From: an uncultured Planctomycetia bacterium
GTDB lineage: Bacteria; Omnitrophota; Gorgyraeia; Gorgyraeales; Gorgyraeaceae
Direction: 5' to 3'
Length of the DNA: 64,000 bases
NCBI GenBank assembly: GCA_964415355.1
Contig: CAYPYS010000001.1
Coordinates: forward strand, 215,399 to 279,398
Shown here in pieces: positions 61,301-64,000 of this stretch (positions within the stretch are counted from its first letter, which is position 1; the number at the start of each line of letters is the position of its first letter). Both the position numbers and the translations under genes were made by a program. Below the pieces are notes generated by a model. That model was not told the origin of the DNA. It was given only the letters and a program-made list of their open reading frames with translations, and did not search any database.

Positions 61301-64000
61301 TATCTGCAATTTGTTTGCGCGACAGCCCTTTAGCCATTAGGACTAATATATCTATCTGTCTATCAGTTAGGCTGGGCTTTTCTAATACTTCTATAAGATT
61401 CATGAGCGGGGTAGGGTCGATTTCTTTAATAGATCCGCACCTCCCGGCTCTGTTAACGGCCCTAAGACGTTCTTTAAGCGTCTTTATAAAACTCCACTCC
61501 AGTTTTGCGCGAGGTAACCATAACTTCTTCCTAGCATTGTTGTAATATTTACCGACATTTCTAACGCTCCCTTTGCGAATATCGAGCCTCTCGGCAATCT
61601 CTTCCTGCGTAATCGCCCCTTGAGCCATGACAGTTAATACCTGTGTCTCTCGTGGACTAAGTTGAGGTGCCTGCTTTTTCAATAGTGCAACTTCATCCTG
61701 CGACTCTTCAAGCTGCTCTCTAAAAATACGGGATATAAAACCTTTTCCGTCTCCGATATCAGGACTTTTTGCCGTACAATAAGGTATGACTCTTTGAAGC
61801 ATCCCCACAGCAAATTCTAGCTCAATAACTAAGAAATCATTGTAACCGGAAGAAATATTTTTAAACCTCTGGATAAATTCTAAAATACCCATCGTTCTTG
61901 TTGTCCCATTAAGCCATTTGTCTACTTCATCTACTAATATCTTCATGGCGCCTCTTCTGTTATATCGTCCACTTCTATGCACACTTAGGATATCTCTCAT
62001 GCTGAAATACTCATCCGCTATAAATAAATCTAATTTCTTAGCAAGCTCTCCTCTTGATTCATATCTTTTAGAGTTCTCTTTTGTGCTCTTTAATAACTTC
62101 ACTATCTCAATTAGAATCACTATAGCAAGAAACTCCGGTAAAGGCAGTGATAACTCTGCGGCTGTAAATAATATTTTCAACCTTCTAATAGCTTCTACAT
62201 ATAGAACACGGCTTTTAAGAATCTCCTCGATATTTGAAATGCCTGAATCGATTGGTTCATCTTCTCTAGAATCATCATCCTGTTCAAATTCTGCCAACTG
62301 TGCTTCGAGCGTTGCCAGATAATCTTCTGTTCGGACTTGAAGCTTTTCTGAAATACTTAAGGCCTCTTCGACGCTTGAATGTCCATTGCCTTCCTGAAAT
62401 TGCATGGCCATAGCTTGTTTTCTAAATAGTAGGATATCTGCAACAAATTGCTCTAATACATCTCGGACTTCTTTCACGCGCGCCTCAGCTTCTTCCAGAG
62501 AAGAGGAACGACGCAGCTTAGTAACAGGAGTACTTAATATATTATGTGTACTAATACGATCATTGGCCCATCTGATCGACTGCGCTAAATCTATCTTTGT
62601 ATCCACGACCGCCCCAATCAAAAATACCCCACCCATCAAAGATATATTCGAAAACTCAGAAAACCCATATACTAAACTATACAAAACAGCCAGGAAGTCG
62701 AGAATGCTGAGCTGACCAAACACGTCATTGCGAGCGAAGTAATGCAATCCAGTTGAGATTGCTTCGGACTGCGCCCTCGCAATAACAGAGGTATTCATTC
62801 CTATTCCTAAAGATCCAAAAAGTCTTAATAAAGGCTTGCTGCGTTTTGCTGGGGTATTTTTGTCTGGCTGGGTGCGTAGGTCTTCTAACGTAATCTTTCT
62901 GGCATAAAGATACTCTGGTGGCACTTCTTCGCCTTCTTTGTCCATCCAGGACATTAACCCAAAATCAACCCTACCTTCTTCATTAAGCGGCCATATAGGT
63001 ATATTCCAGAAAGAAGCTCCTGTTATATCGATTCGATCTTCAAATAATCTATAAGTAACTCGCGGATCATCTTCGTATTTTACAACAGAAAACCATCCTA
63101 TCTGACTTGCGATATTCCCAATCTCTTTTGAGCCTCTCATACTAAACCGTATTTCGGCAATAGCATTCTCTAGATGGGATTGGTTATTTAGTTCGTGGAC
63201 GCATACGCTCACGAAGAATACGTGAGGTTCAAGAGGGTGTTTGAAATACTTATGAGCTTGTTCAATATATTGAAGGAAAGGTCTTTGAAAATAAATACTA
63301 TTCTTTTCCTCGACATAGGTCGCACCAAACGTAATGTGATCATTTTCAATCATCCACAGTTGTGGCGGTTCGCATGCCGCATCCATTCTTTTTTCTAACT
63401 GCAAATACCTAAATGCTTCTTCACATGCAGCAATCCACTTCTCATCCTCTAACTTTTGAATCTCTATTCCTTCAGCTCTATAGCGCGCAAGTTGACCGCG
63501 GGCTTCTTTTTTCGATATGCCATAATATCCTCCATCTTGTTCATTAGGCATAGGAAGAGGATAAGTGGAACTATGTCTGGGGATTATCTTTAAAGAGGGG
63601 AATTGAGGTTTTATTTTGCTCATTTCTTCTGAAATCAAAAAAGTTTGCATGCAGACTGCATGACCTTCAACTGTTACCCTGAAACCTAGTTTCTCAAAGA
63701 AATGCTGTGCTATTACATCTTGTAACCAAATATATTTAGCTCCTCTGATCTGCGCTATCCTCATACCTAAACTCATTAAGGTGCTTCCTATGCCTTTATA
63801 TTTAATCCTGAATTCTAGATCAACCTTTATAGCCTTGCCTCCTAAAATAAGGCGTCCAAACCTATCGATGCTACTGCCAAATTTTTCAGATGCATGCGCA
63901 GAATCTCCCTCACACACTGTGAGATGAAAATATCCACATAACTTATCATCAAAAAATACTTCAATTATATACCTCTTTCCAGAATACTCACAATCAGGAT
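28302..64000 (-). CDS. Giant multidomain membrane protein (>11,800 aa), 5' end beyond the window
   Basis: Single open frame. Hand translation of 63918-63998 ([27 protein letters not shown]) has no stop, so the GTG at 63917 is probably not the true start. Many recognisable domains occur in this frame. Confidence 0.9.
   Translation of the reverse strand, partial: [11898 protein letters not shown]
28590..29030 (-). other. Giant-gene module: degenerate sigma-70 region 2/3-like domain
   Basis: [14 protein letters not shown]...[18 protein letters not shown] and [22 protein letters not shown]. Confidence 0.55.
29480..30443 (-). repeat. Giant-gene module: about 10 tandem 31-aa helical repeats (93 bp)
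   Basis: Consensus IIxSxRSEDEILxLIxxLxxKGIxExxHIAQ. Confidence 0.9.
31470..32000 (-). other. Giant-gene module: UPF0489/arginase-fold-like domain
   Basis: THDKVL...AFDYDSD...VDESNWV...LTFCLDYF...LAISPKY. Confidence 0.5.
32460..33220 (-). other. Giant-gene module: alpha/beta hydrolase
   Basis: Nucleophile elbow [21 protein letters not shown], THEDL. Confidence 0.65.
33775..34565 (-). other. Giant-gene module: HAD-fold IMP-specific 5'-nucleotidase (ISN1-like)
   Basis: [51 protein letters not shown]..GND...NPGET. Confidence 0.75.
34731..34767. repeat. 37-bp palindromic element, copy 16, in frame inside the giant gene
   Basis: TAACTTTACATTCCAACGTTGTTGAAGTGTGAAGTTA, encoding [12 protein letters not shown]; abuts a TGTCATTGCGAG...GAAGCAATCTC element at 34695-34730. 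Confidence 0.9.
34910..36250 (-). other. Giant-gene module: PIG-L/LmbE-family deacetylase (one intact, one degenerate domain)
   Basis: [29 protein letters not shown]; upstream degenerate copy with [10 protein letters not shown]. Confidence 0.75.
36345..37500 (-). other. Giant-gene module: ketopantoate reductase-like domain
   Basis: Rossmann start [36 protein letters not shown]. Confidence 0.5.
39830..41940 (-). repeat. Giant-gene module: 8 tandem LuxR-type HTH units (about 89 aa, about 267 bp)
   Basis: [25 protein letters not shown]...ARxHLGL...[20 protein letters not shown]; TTGAGCCATA recurs eight times. Confidence 0.93.
42460..43011 (-). other. Giant-gene module: 5-formyltetrahydrofolate cyclo-ligase
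   Basis: KEQLR...GKTVALP...[29 protein letters not shown]...LPMDGHD. Confidence 0.9.
50850..51200 (-). other. Giant-gene module: ICMT/PEMT-family methyltransferase (second copy at about 39085-39440)
   Basis: [15 protein letters not shown]...[23 protein letters not shown]. Confidence 0.85.
51940..52392 (-). other. Giant-gene module: signal peptidase II (LspA)-like (further copies at about 47800-48270 and 37985-38260)
   Basis: DIGTKLWV...GGALGNITE...GSVTDW...NMADI. Confidence 0.8.
63670..64000 (-). other. Giant-gene module: GNAT acetyltransferase
   Basis: YKGIGSTLM (motif A) ... [10 protein letters not shown]. Confidence 0.75.
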